Below are positions 30,241 through 39,169 of a stretch of DNA of 64,000 nucleotides, piece after piece. This DNA is from an uncultured Actinomycetota bacterium (lineage in GTDB: Bacteria > Actinomycetota > Actinomycetes > JAHEKZ01). Location: contig CAVSCR010000005.1 in assembly GCA_963726575.1 (NCBI GenBank), positions 188,434 to 252,433 of the forward strand, in the 5' to 3' direction. The notes under the pieces are model-generated. The model was not told where the DNA came from. It did no database searches and saw only the letters and a program-made list of their open reading frames with translations. Position 1 is the stretch's first letter. Each line of letters begins with the position of its first letter. A program made the position numbers and the translations under genes.

Positions 30241-30277
30241 CCGGCCGGCCACCCGCAGCGCGCGGGTGGCCGGCCGG
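30241..30277 (+). terminator. 16-bp hairpin after the second pilin
   Basis: ccggccggccacccgc-agcgc-gcgggtggccggccgg. Confidence 0.78.
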
Positions 30278-30320
30278 TCGGCCGTTCGGGGGAAGGTGGG
30301 GCCGCCTGAGGGGCTTCGTG

Positions 30321-30347
30321 CTCAAGACGGCCTCAGACGATGCCGAT
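30321..30347 (+). promoter_or_regulatory. Sigma-28-type promoter for the minor pilin operon (possibly leaderless)
   Basis: CTCA-agacggcctcagacgat(17 nt)-GCCGAT; ATG 30357 is 10 nt downstream. Confidence 0.78.
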
Positions 30348-30356
30348 GGCCTGGGC

Positions 30357-31709
30357 ATGCGGATGGCATCGACGCGTCTTCGACGTGTCTCGCGACGGAT
30401 GACCGGCTCTGACACCCAAGCCGGTCTCACGATGATCGAGGTCATCATGGCCATGGTGATCTTCGCCATGGTGGCCGGGGCGGTCGTGACCGGCCTGGCG
30501 AGCGCCATGAAGACGGCACGGACCGACAAGAACCGCGTGGCGGCGGCCAACCTCGCCGCCCGCGAGCTGGAGATCACCCGCAACGAGTTCAACTCGAGCT
30601 CGGGCAGCCCGGCCGCGCTGGCCGCGCAGAACCAGGTGGTCGACCCTCACCCGCTGCCCGGCGGCACGGCTGGCAACCCGCTGCTGGTCGACAACGTCCC
30701 CTACACGGTCACCCGCAACGTCGAGTGGCTGCCCGCCGGCAGCGGCAAGAGTGCCTGTGACGGCGGCGCCGCGATCACGTACCCGACCCTGTCGGTGCAC
30801 GTCGAGGTGACCTGGCCGGTGATGGGCAACGTGCCACCGGTCGAGACGACGACGATGATGACGCCGGCCAAGGGCACCATGGCCTCGACTCTGTCGTTCG
30901 TCGGAGTGAAGGTCCTCAACAGTGCCGGGTCGCCGCAGAGCGACCTGCCGGTGTCGCTGAGCGGCCCAGGAGGATCCTTCACCGACACCACGGCCGACGA
31001 CGGCTGCGCCGTCTTCGCGCTCTCGTCAGCCGGCACGTACACGGCATCGCTGAGCTCGAGCGGCTACGTCGACTACTACGGCACCGCGGCGCCGACCAAG
31101 ACGGTGGTGGTGACGGCGAGCACGCTGTCGCAGCTGCAGTTCAACTACGACAAGGCCGCGACGTTGACGGTGGGTCTCACGACCCAAGCCGGATACGCGC
31201 TGCCCACCACGTTGCCCGGTATCACCTTGGCCAACACCGGGCTGCAGCCCTCCGGCGTCCGTACGCAGGCGTCGAGCGGCGCCAGCACCACCATCCCGAC
31301 GTTGTGGCCGTTCACCGACGGCTACTCGGTGTGGGCCGGTACGTGCTCGCAGTCCGACCCCGCGACCGCAGGCGGCACGCGCTCCCCGGCCGTCATCGTC
31401 AATCCCGGCGCCTCCGGATCGACGACCGCGTCGTTGGCGCCGGTCCAGGTGAACGTCAAGAACGCCGCGGGAGTCGCACTGGCCAACGCGACCGTGGTCG
31501 CGGTACCGCTGTCGACCACTGGCTGCCTCACGACGGAGACCTCGTTGACCCTCGGCGTCACGAACTCGACCGGCCTGCTGATGACGTCCTTGCCGGCCGG
31601 CAAGTGGACCTTGCAGGTCTCGGGCAAGAGCCCGTCAGGCAGCTGGCCGACTACTCCGTCGCTGCTCCCGACCTCATCCCCGACGACCATGATGGTGGTG
31701 ACCACGTGA
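30357..31709 (+). CDS. Large PilV-like minor pilin with C-terminal beta-rich (prealbumin/carboxypeptidase-regulatory-like) domains
   Basis: Leader MRMASTRLRRVSRRMTGSDTQAG/LTMIEVIMAMVIFAMV, then A..LAARELE; Ser/Thr/Gly-rich C-terminal part with TxxxGCAVF and TNSTGLL motifs. Confidence 0.8.
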   Translation: MRMASTRLRRVSRRMTGSDTQAGLTMIEVIMAMVIFAMVAGAVVTGLASAMKTARTDKNRVAAANLAARELEITRNEFNSSSGSPAALAAQNQVVDPHPLPGGTAGNPLLVDNVPYTVTRNVEWLPAGSGKSACDGGAAITYPTLSVHVEVTWPVMGNVPPVETTTMMTPAKGTMASTLSFVGVKVLNSAGSPQSDLPVSLSGPGGSFTDTTADDGCAVFALSSAGTYTASLSSSGYVDYYGTAAPTKTVVVTASTLSQLQFNYDKAATLTVGLTTQAGYALPTTLPGITLANTGLQPSGVRTQASSGASTTIPTLWPFTDGYSVWAGTCSQSDPATAGGTRSPAVIVNPGASGSTTASLAPVQVNVKNAAGVALANATVVAVPLSTTGCLTTETSLTLGVTNSTGLLMTSLPAGKWTLQVSGKSPSGSWPTTPSLLPTSSPTTMMVVTT

Positions 31710-32422
31710 TCGCAGCGTTGCGACGCCGGATCCGATCCGCTCGCCCAGACGGTGGCTTCACGCTGACCGAGCTGCTGGTGACCATCTTCATCCTCGGCAT
31801 CGTGCTGGCCGGCGTGCAGACGACCCTGATCTTCACGCAGCGCACGGTCGGCGAGCAGTCGATCCGCGTCGACCAGACGCAGCAGACCAGCGAAGCGATG
31901 AACGCGGTCACGAAGACGCTGCGCACGGCCGTTCTGCCGTCCCAGCTCAACGGCACCTGCTCCAGCTGTGACCTGGCCGCCTTCATCCAGGGAACGCCGA
32001 CCTCGGTGTCCTTCTACGCCAACATCAACAACGACGGCAACACCGTCGGCCCGTCGCGGGTGAGCTACTCGGTGAACTCCAAGTACGAGCTCATCGAGTC
32101 GATCCAGCCGCCGAACCCGCACGCGACCACCGACTTCAACTACCAGTACTGCACGCCAGGGACGTCCGGCTGCGTGGTCAAGACCCGAGTCCTGGCCCGC
32201 AATCTCGTTCCGGGCTCGGCGATCTTCACCTACTACGACCCGAACGGTGTCTCGCTCGGCACCGGCACGCTGACCGCCACCGACCTGGCCAACGTCGACA
32301 CGATGGACGTGGTCATCTCGGTACGCGACTCCACGGCGTCGCGGGTACCCCCCACCACCTTCATGGCACGCGTGAGCATGCCGAACCACGACTCCGTCAC
32401 CACGGCGTCGGCGAGTCCGTGA
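31706..32422 (+). CDS. PilW-like minor pilin
   Basis: GTGA overlap; MIAALRRRIRSARPDGG/FTLTELLVTIFILGIVLAG; AMNAVTKTLRTA. Confidence 0.85.
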   Translation: MIAALRRRIRSARPDGGFTLTELLVTIFILGIVLAGVQTTLIFTQRTVGEQSIRVDQTQQTSEAMNAVTKTLRTAVLPSQLNGTCSSCDLAAFIQGTPTSVSFYANINNDGNTVGPSRVSYSVNSKYELIESIQPPNPHATTDFNYQYCTPGTSGCVVKTRVLARNLVPGSAIFTYYDPNGVSLGTGTLTATDLANVDTMDVVISVRDSTASRVPPTTFMARVSMPNHDSVTTASASP

Positions 32423-32433
32423 CAGGAGCGACG

Positions 32434-34072
32434 ATGTTCGCAGAGATGGTCGCCCGACTTCGTGCGCGGTCGCAGCGCGTAGACGGCCGCGATGAGGGCA
32501 TTGCCATGATCATGGTGATGGCCTCGATCGTGGTGCTCAGCATGCTGCTGGCCACCGCCTACATGGTGGCGCTACAGGCGCAGCCGGAAGCGCGGCACAC
32601 CCAGGACTGGGACGGTGCGCTCGCAGCGGCGCAGGCCGGCGTGGACGACTACATCGCCCGTCTGAACCAGAGCGACACCTACTGGACCACGGTTGACTGC
32701 ACGAACCCAGCCTTGAAGGGTCCCAAGGCAGGAACGAACTCCTGCGGCTGGACCTCGACGACGCCGGTCGGATGGCAGTCGGTCCAACCGGGCAACCCGA
32801 ACGCGGGCCGGTTCCACTACGACGTCGACGCGTCGGGCATCTACAGCCAAGGCGCAGTCCGCGTGACCGCCACCGGACAGGTGCGCGGCGTCTCGCGCTC
32901 CATCCAGGTGCTGGTGTCCCGAGGTGGCTCGACCCAGTTCCTGTACTACACCGACTTCGAGGACGCCGACCCGGCGAACACCCAGGCCTACCCGAGCGGG
33001 GCGCCGAACAACGCCTGTGGCAAGTCCGGTCCGACGCTGGCGCAGTACTACTGGCAGAACAGCAGCCGTGGCTGTGTCGAGATCCAGTTCGTCACGGGTG
33101 ACACGCTGGACGGCGCCGTGCACTTCAACGACACCCCACTGATCAACGGATCGACAGTCTTCCTGAAGTCCTACGAGACGTCAGACCCGAAGTGCCAGAC
33201 CCCGTCGATCGCCAACTGCCGTCGCGGGACCGGTACCCCGAACCTGAACGGTGGCCAGCCGCGGTATGCACCGCTGCTGTACCTGCCCGACAACAGCAAC
33301 CAGTTCTCGACGTTCCCCGGCTGCCAGTACACCGGCGACACCCGCATCGTGTTCAACAACGACGGAACCATGAAGGTGTGGAGCTACGGCAGCACGGGCA
33401 CAACGCTCGGCACCGGTTGCGGCAACCCGGCGGGACCGTGGCCGCAGACCGTCAACGTGCCCAACGACCAGGTGATCTACATCAAGAACGGCTCGACGCA
33501 GAGCAAGTGCACCACGGGACAGATCGGTGACGGCCTGCCCTCTGGCAACGGACGACAACGTGAACACGCCGACGTTCTACTGCGGCAACGGAAACGCCTA
33601 CATCGAGGGCACCGTCAAGGGTCGCGTGACGCTGGCGGCGCAGAACAACGTGATCGTCACCGACGACCTGCTGGTCGCCAGCACACCGGTCACCCAGGCG
33701 CCGGTCGGCCCGGACATCGTCGGCCTGGTGGCGGGCAACTCGGTGGTCGTCTACCACCCGGTCAATGCCTCGGGCACGAACCTGAAGGCGCCGGAGGACC
33801 GCTGGATCTACGCCTCGATCCAGGCCCTGCAGCACAGCTTCTGGGTCCAGTCCTACGACCAGGGCGTCAAGATGGGCACCCTGCACGTACGCGGCTCGAT
33901 CGCCCAGAAGTGGCGCGGCATCGTCGGTACCAGTGGCAGCAGCGGCACCGGCTACCTGAAGGACTACGGCTACGACTCGCGGCTGAAGTTCACCTCACCG
34001 CCGTACTTCCCCCAGTGGACGAACGCGGTGTGGGGCGCCAAGACCACGGCGGAGCTGACCCCGCAGTACTGA
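32434..34072 (+). pseudogene. PilX-like large minor pilin/tip adhesin, interrupted by an apparent +1 frameshift at 33538-33540 (real lesion or sequence error)
   Basis: Leader ...RDEG/IAMIMVMASIVVL (no Glu5, PilX-like); ALAAAQAGVDDY. After GDGLP the first frame turns non-protein-like, while the shifted frame continues LATDDNVNTPTFYCGNGNAYIEG...YDSRLKFTSPPYFP to TGA 34072. Confidence 0.8.
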
Positions 34073-34083
34073 GCAACCGCACA

Positions 34084-34121
34084 CGGCCGCGACCCGAGGT
34101 GTTTCACCCGGGTCGCGGCCG
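34084..34121 (+). terminator. Hairpin after pilX
   Basis: cggccgcgacccg-aggtgtttcac-ccgggtcgcggccg (13-bp perfect outer stem). Confidence 0.72.
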
Positions 34122-34198
34122 CATGCTGACCCGCGGCCGTCGACGTGGCCATCACCCCGCCGGTTCGGGATTCGACTCCGACAGGTTGTCGTCAAAGG

Positions 34199-34225
34199 CT
34201 CAAGCCCAGGCAAAGTCGCTCCGAT
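34199..34225 (+). promoter_or_regulatory. Sigma-28-type promoter for pilMNOP
   Basis: CTCA-agcccaggcaaagtcgc(17 nt)-TCCGAT (one mismatch to GCCGAT), in the pilX-pilM intergenic region. Confidence 0.68.
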
Positions 34226-34298
34226 GCCTTCCTTTGACATGGCCCGAATGGGCTCACCCACGCGGCCTAGCCGCGGATACGGTGAAGGGAAGATCGCA

Positions 34299-35363
34299 GT
34301 GGCTGCACGAACCGCCATCGGTCTCGACATCGGCACCTCGGGGGTGCGGGCCGCAGAGCTTGCCTTTGGCAAGAGCGGCATCACGCTGGAGAAGTTCGGG
34401 CAGGTCGCCCTCCCCGAAGGCGTCGTCAGGGACGGCGAAGTCTTCGACCCCGACGCCGTCACAGAGGCCATCAAGCAGTTGTGGGCGCACACCAAGTTCG
34501 CCAGCAAGAAGGTCGTCATCGGTGTCGCCAACCAGAAGGTGATCGTCCGCCAGGTCGACCTTCCCTGGGCGCCCCTGGACGAGCTGAAGGGCTCGCTGGG
34601 GTTCCTGGTGCAGGACACGATCCCGATGCCGGTCGAGAGCGCGCTGCTGGACTTCTACCCGCTGGAGGACCTCACCGGTGACGGTGGCGTCAAGATGGTG
34701 CGCGGCCTGCTGGTCGCCGCATCGCGGGAGATGGTCTCCTCGCACCTCAGCGCGGTCCAGAAGGCCGGCCTGCAGCCCGAGATGGTCGACCTGACCGCCT
34801 TCGCCGTGCTGCGCGCGCTGGCCGACATGGATGACGTGGGCATGGGCGGACAGCTCGAGGCCCTCGTCGACGTCGGCGCCCGGGTCACCAACGTCATCGT
34901 GCACGAAGGCGGCGTTCCCCGGTTCGTCCGCATCCTGCTCATGGGCGGTCAAGACGTCACCGAAGCGGTCGTCGACCGCGCCGGCGTCTCCTCCGCCCAA
35001 GCCACCGCGCTGAAGCAGGAGATCGGCATGCAGGCCACGGGAGCGACCATGGAGGCGCAAGCCGCCGGACGCGTCATGGACGCAGCCGGCCAGGCCTTCG
35101 TGGACCAGGTTCGTGGCTCGCTCGACTACTACACCGCCTCGAGCGGCTCGCAGCCGTTGTCCCGGCTGGTCCTCACCGGTGGTGGCTCGCGACTGATCGG
35201 CCTGGCCGAGCGGCTCGCGCAAGCCACCCGGGTCCCCGTCGTTCCCGGCAACCCGTTCGCTGACCTGACGGTCGGCAAGACCGGGTTGTCGCCGGAGCAA
35301 CTCACATTCGTCGAGCCACTGGCCTCCGTGCCGGTCGGTCTTGCCCTGGGGGTGGCGTCGTGA
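34299..35363 (+). CDS. pilM: Type IV pilus assembly protein PilM
   Basis: AIGLDIGTSGVRAAEL, KKVVIGVANQKVIVRQVDLP, ALVDVGARVTNV, QVRGSLDYY, LTGGGSRL; GTG after GAAGGGA. Confidence 0.95.
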   Translation: MAARTAIGLDIGTSGVRAAELAFGKSGITLEKFGQVALPEGVVRDGEVFDPDAVTEAIKQLWAHTKFASKKVVIGVANQKVIVRQVDLPWAPLDELKGSLGFLVQDTIPMPVESALLDFYPLEDLTGDGGVKMVRGLLVAASREMVSSHLSAVQKAGLQPEMVDLTAFAVLRALADMDDVGMGGQLEALVDVGARVTNVIVHEGGVPRFVRILLMGGQDVTEAVVDRAGVSSAQATALKQEIGMQATGATMEAQAAGRVMDAAGQAFVDQVRGSLDYYTASSGSQPLSRLVLTGGGSRLIGLAERLAQATRVPVVPGNPFADLTVGKTGLSPEQLTFVEPLASVPVGLALGVAS

Positions 35364-36040
35364 CCACGCTGACCGCGACCCGGGTCGCCACACTGCCCCG
35401 CGTCAACCTGCTTCCGCCCGAGATCGCCGAGGCCGCGAAGTTCCGCCGGCTGCAGACGCTCCTCGGCGTGGCCGTGGGCGTGACCCTGCTCTTGGTCGGG
35501 GCGCTGTGGTTCATGGCGCGCTCGTCGGCGGATTCGGCCCAGACGCGTCTCAACGAGGCCACGCTGGCGTCGGTCAGCCTGCAGCAACAGGTGGCCCAGT
35601 ACGCCAGCGTGCCCGAGAAGGCGCAGGAGCTGGCCACGGCCGAAGGACAGCTCGCCGTGGCGATGGCGCCCGAGGTGCGCTGGTCCTTCTACCTCAACGA
35701 CCTCAGCCTGACCATCCCCGACGGCGTGCGTCTGACCACGCTGACGATGACCGAGCCGCTGGCGACCTCGCTGGGCTCGGGAACCGTCACGACCACGACG
35801 GGCGTCGAGGGCTCGGTCGGCATCGGTGGCATCAGCTACACGGGTGCGGCGTCCTCGTTCGACTCCGTTGCCAAGTGGCTGCAGGTCCAGACGCACGAAT
35901 GGGGCGTCACCGAGCCGTGGCCGGTCGACCTGGAGAACGCCGCAGGGCAGACGACGGTCAAGCCCGTCACCGACTGGTCCTCGAAGATCACCGTCACCAC
36001 CGACGCGTTGTCGCACCGCTACGACAAGTGGGGTAACTGA
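35360..36040 (+). CDS. pilN: Type IV pilus assembly protein PilN
   Basis: PilM-binding LPRVNLLPPE motif, TM helix, coiled coil, WS..LNDLS..IPDGV.LT.L. Confidence 0.92.
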   Translation: MTTLTATRVATLPRVNLLPPEIAEAAKFRRLQTLLGVAVGVTLLLVGALWFMARSSADSAQTRLNEATLASVSLQQQVAQYASVPEKAQELATAEGQLAVAMAPEVRWSFYLNDLSLTIPDGVRLTTLTMTEPLATSLGSGTVTTTTGVEGSVGIGGISYTGAASSFDSVAKWLQVQTHEWGVTEPWPVDLENAAGQTTVKPVTDWSSKITVTTDALSHRYDKWGN

Positions 36041-36042
36041 CC

Positions 36043-36711
36043 ATGACCCGCAGCCGACAGTGGACCCTCGGTGCCGTTGCGATCGTGGTTGTGATCGCAC
36101 TGGCCGGATGGTTCCTCCTCGTGCAGGCCGAGCGTAAGCACGCTGCCTCGCTCAACCTGCAGACTGCCCAGCAGCTCAAGACCAACCAGGGGCTCCAGGC
36201 GCAGATCGCCATGCTGAAGGCGCAGAGCAAGAACCTGCCTCAGATGGAGGCCAGCCTGGCCAAGGTCAGGACCAGCATCCCGGTGGCATCTGAGATGCCG
36301 CAGCTGATCCGCCAGCTCACGGACGCCGCGAACGCCTCTGGCGTCACGCTGCGCTCCCTGATGCCGGCCGACCCGGTCTCGGTCACGCCGACCTCGTCGG
36401 AGACCGGTGGGGTCGTCCTGCCTCCTGGCCAGCTGGCGATCGTCAACCTGAAGCTGGAGTTCGACGGCAACTTCTTCGAGACCGAAGAGTTCATGAGCCG
36501 GCTCGAGAAGATGCCGCGGGCGATCCTCACCAGCTCGCTGCAGCTCGCCTCGCAGTCGGACACCAACCAGCTGCACGGTGTGATCCAGGCTCGTGTGTTC
36601 TTCGCACCGCAGGAACTGCCGGTGACGTCGGAGATCCCGGGCGTCACTCCTCCGGCACCCGTCTCGTCCCCGGCAGCTTCTTCCACGGCCGCCCCGACCA
36701 CGGTCCAGTAG
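36043..36711 (+). CDS. pilO: Type IV pilus assembly protein PilO
   Basis: TM helix, coiled coil, IP...EMPQLIRQL..AA..SGV.L, FFETEEFM.RLEKMPR. Confidence 0.9.
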   Translation: MTRSRQWTLGAVAIVVVIALAGWFLLVQAERKHAASLNLQTAQQLKTNQGLQAQIAMLKAQSKNLPQMEASLAKVRTSIPVASEMPQLIRQLTDAANASGVTLRSLMPADPVSVTPTSSETGGVVLPPGQLAIVNLKLEFDGNFFETEEFMSRLEKMPRAILTSSLQLASQSDTNQLHGVIQARVFFAPQELPVTSEIPGVTPPAPVSSPAASSTAAPTTVQ

Positions 36712-36724
36712 GAAAGGCACTTCG

Positions 36725-37366
36725 ATGAGCGACATGAACCAGGTACCCGCGGAGCAGGCGCAGCTCGACAACGCGCTCACTCCGGAGGGTGGCACCGGCA
36801 CCAACCGCCGGCTGTTGTTCGTGCTGGGTGGGGCTGCCCTCGTGGTGGCCGCGCTGGGTGGCTTCTTCCTGCTGCACTCCGGTGGTTCCAGCGGCGGGGA
36901 CGTCAGCGGCGTGGTCGTGGTCGCCCACCCCACCACCAAGGCGAAGCCGAGCGCGAGCGCCAGCCCGAGCGCCGGACAGACCGTGCCTCCGGTGTACCAC
37001 GGCCAAGCGGGGCGCAACCCGTTCAAGCCGTTGGCCATCGAAGCTCAGGTCACGTCGTCGGCCCTGCCGACCGACACGTCCAGCCCGGCGCCGACGTCCG
37101 GCTCCGGAGGGACGACGCCGTCAGCGGTGTCGACCTACCAGCTGACGGTCGAGAGCGTGAGCGTCTCCGGTCAGACCGCGACCTTCTGGGTCAACGGCGT
37201 GAAGTACTCCGACGTGGCCGTCGGTGGCACCTTCGCGTCGGTGTTCCGGCTCGACAGCGTCGGCACCGACAGCAAGTCCGGCAAGAAGTTCGTGACGCTC
37301 ACCTTCGGTGACGTCGCGCAGCCGGGCAAGCGCTACGAGCAGTCCACCTGGATCTTCACCCCCTGA
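36725..37366 (+). CDS. Membrane-anchored pilus-associated protein in the PilP position
   Basis: Single TM helix, Ser/Pro linker, GRNPFKPL (RNPF motif as in PilP-like proteins), small C-terminal beta domain; last gene of the pilMNO operon. Confidence 0.65.
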   Translation: MSDMNQVPAEQAQLDNALTPEGGTGTNRRLLFVLGGAALVVAALGGFFLLHSGGSSGGDVSGVVVVAHPTTKAKPSASASPSAGQTVPPVYHGQAGRNPFKPLAIEAQVTSSALPTDTSSPAPTSGSGGTTPSAVSTYQLTVESVSVSGQTATFWVNGVKYSDVAVGGTFASVFRLDSVGTDSKSGKKFVTLTFGDVAQPGKRYEQSTWIFTP

Positions 37367-37376
37367 CGATCCGCAC

Positions 37377-37415
37377 CGCGAAACGGCCGCCCTGTTCCGG
37401 GGCGGCCGTTTCGCG
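37377..37415 (+). terminator. 16-bp hairpin closing the pilus block
   Basis: cgcgaaacggccgccc-tgttccg-gggcggccgtttcgcg. Confidence 0.8.
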
Positions 37416-37448
37416 TCGTGGAAGGATGATCGTCATGGTGAGGTCGCA

Positions 37449-38627
37449 ATGCTGCGCTGGCTGACGGCCGGGGAGTCACACGGCCCGGCCCTCGTCGCGA
37501 TCCTCGAGGGCTTGCCCGCTGACGTCGCCATCACGACCGACGACCTGCGACGCGGGCTGGCCAGACGTCGGCTCGGCCACGGTCGCGGTGCGCGCATGAC
37601 GTTCGAGCAGGACGACGTGCGCATCCTCGGCGGCGTCCGGCACGGCCGTACGCTCGGGTCACCGGTGGCCGTCGAGATCGGCAACACCGAGTGGCCCAAG
37701 TGGGAGACGGTCATGGCGGCCGACCCGGTCGATCCTGAGGTCCTCGCCGGACAGGCACGCAATGCACCGCTGACGCGCCCCCGTCCCGGTCACGCCGACC
37801 TCGTCGGGATGCAGAAGTACGGCTTCGACGACGCCCGCCCGGTGCTGGAGCGCGCCAGTGCACGCGAGACGGCGGCCCGGGTCGCACTGGGTTGCGTCGC
37901 GTCGGCGTTCCTGGCGCAGGCGGCCGACATTGCGCTGGTGAGCCATGTCGTGGAGATCGGTGGTACTGCGGCACCGGTCGGGTCGTGGCCCGGGCTGGGC
38001 GACGTGCTCAGGCTCGACGCCGACCCGGTGCGCTGTCTCGACCCGAGCGCCAGTGCGGCCATGGTCGAGACGATCGAACGGGCCAGGACCGAAGGGGACA
38101 CCCTCGGCGGAGTGGTGGAGGTGCTGGCCTACGGCCTGCCGCCCGGTCTCGGCAGCCACGTGCACTGGGACCGTCGCCTCGACGCCCGACTGGCGGCAGC
38201 CCTCATGGGCATCCAGGCGATCAAAGGGGTGGGTGTCGGGGACGGGTTCGACCTCGCTCGGGTGCCCGGATCCCAGGCGCACGACGAGATCGTGAACGAC
38301 GAGGGCACGTTGCGCCGCACGTCGGGGCGCTCCGGGGGCACCGAGGGGGGCATGAGCACCGGTGAGGTGCTGCGCGTGCGCGCTGCCATGAAGCCGATCG
38401 CCACCGTTCCCAAGGCGCTCGCGACGGTCGACGTCGCCACCGGCGAGCCGGCCAAGGCGATCAACCAGCGCTCCGACGTCTGTGCCGTCCCGGCCGCCGG
38501 CATCGTCGCCGAGGCGATGGTCGCGTTGGTGCTCGCCGACGCTGTGCTGGAGAAGTTCGGCGGCGACTCCGTGGTCGAGACACGGCGCAACGTGATGGCC
38601 TACCGCGACCACCTTCTTCTCACATGA
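37449..38627 (+). CDS. aroC: Chorismate synthase
   Basis: [60 protein letters not shown]. Confidence 0.98.
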   Translation: MLRWLTAGESHGPALVAILEGLPADVAITTDDLRRGLARRRLGHGRGARMTFEQDDVRILGGVRHGRTLGSPVAVEIGNTEWPKWETVMAADPVDPEVLAGQARNAPLTRPRPGHADLVGMQKYGFDDARPVLERASARETAARVALGCVASAFLAQAADIALVSHVVEIGGTAAPVGSWPGLGDVLRLDADPVRCLDPSASAAMVETIERARTEGDTLGGVVEVLAYGLPPGLGSHVHWDRRLDARLAAALMGIQAIKGVGVGDGFDLARVPGSQAHDEIVNDEGTLRRTSGRSGGTEGGMSTGEVLRVRAAMKPIATVPKALATVDVATGEPAKAINQRSDVCAVPAAGIVAEAMVALVLADAVLEKFGGDSVVETRRNVMAYRDHLLLT

Positions 38628-39169
38628 CCGGCGCTGCACCCGGGTCACCTCCCCGGGCCGTGCTCGTGGGCCCACCCGGCGTCGGCAAGACGACGGTGGG
38701 GCGGTTGCTCGCCACGCGCTGGGGTGTGGACTTCGTCGACACCGACGACGTGGTCGCGGCAGAGTCGGGCCGTTCGGTCGCCGACATCTTCGTGGAATCG
38801 GGTGAACCGGCCTTTCGGGCGCTGGAGAAGTCGGCGGTGGAACAGACGCTCGCCCACGCCAGCGGCGTCGTCGCGGTCGGGGGAGGTGCGGTTCTCGACC
38901 AGGACACGCGGCAGCTGTTGGCGCCTCACGTGGTCGTCTTTCTCGACGTCGGGCTGGCGGACGCGGCCCGACGGGTCGGGCTGAACCGGGACCGGCCACT
39001 GCTGCTGGGCAACATCCGTGGCCAGTGGGTCGAGCTCATGTCGGCCCGTCGACCCTTCTACGAGGAGGTCGCGCGGGTGCGCGTGGCGACCGACGGGCTC
39101 GACGCGCCGCAGGTGGTGGACGCGGTACTGGCGGCGATCGCCGCCGCCCCCACCGGGGAGTCGGTATGA
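38624..39169 (+). CDS. aroK: Shikimate kinase
   Basis: [44 protein letters not shown]. Confidence 0.95.
   Translation: MTGAAPGSPPRAVLVGPPGVGKTTVGRLLATRWGVDFVDTDDVVAAESGRSVADIFVESGEPAFRALEKSAVEQTLAHASGVVAVGGGAVLDQDTRQLLAPHVVVFLDVGLADAARRVGLNRDRPLLLGNIRGQWVELMSARRPFYEEVARVRVATDGLDAPQVVDAVLAAIAAAPTGESV

Noticed and set aside
32419-34542. 707-aa ORF as a single genuine protein
   Set aside because: Sequence after GDGLP is Arg/Gly-rich shadow-frame text that crosses a terminator, a promoter and the pilM start; better explained by a +1 frameshift.
18917-37415. Pilus block as a recently acquired mobile island
   Set aside because: No integrase, transposase or flanking direct repeats seen; codon style looks like the neighbours, and the first promoter is embedded in aroE, suggesting long residence.
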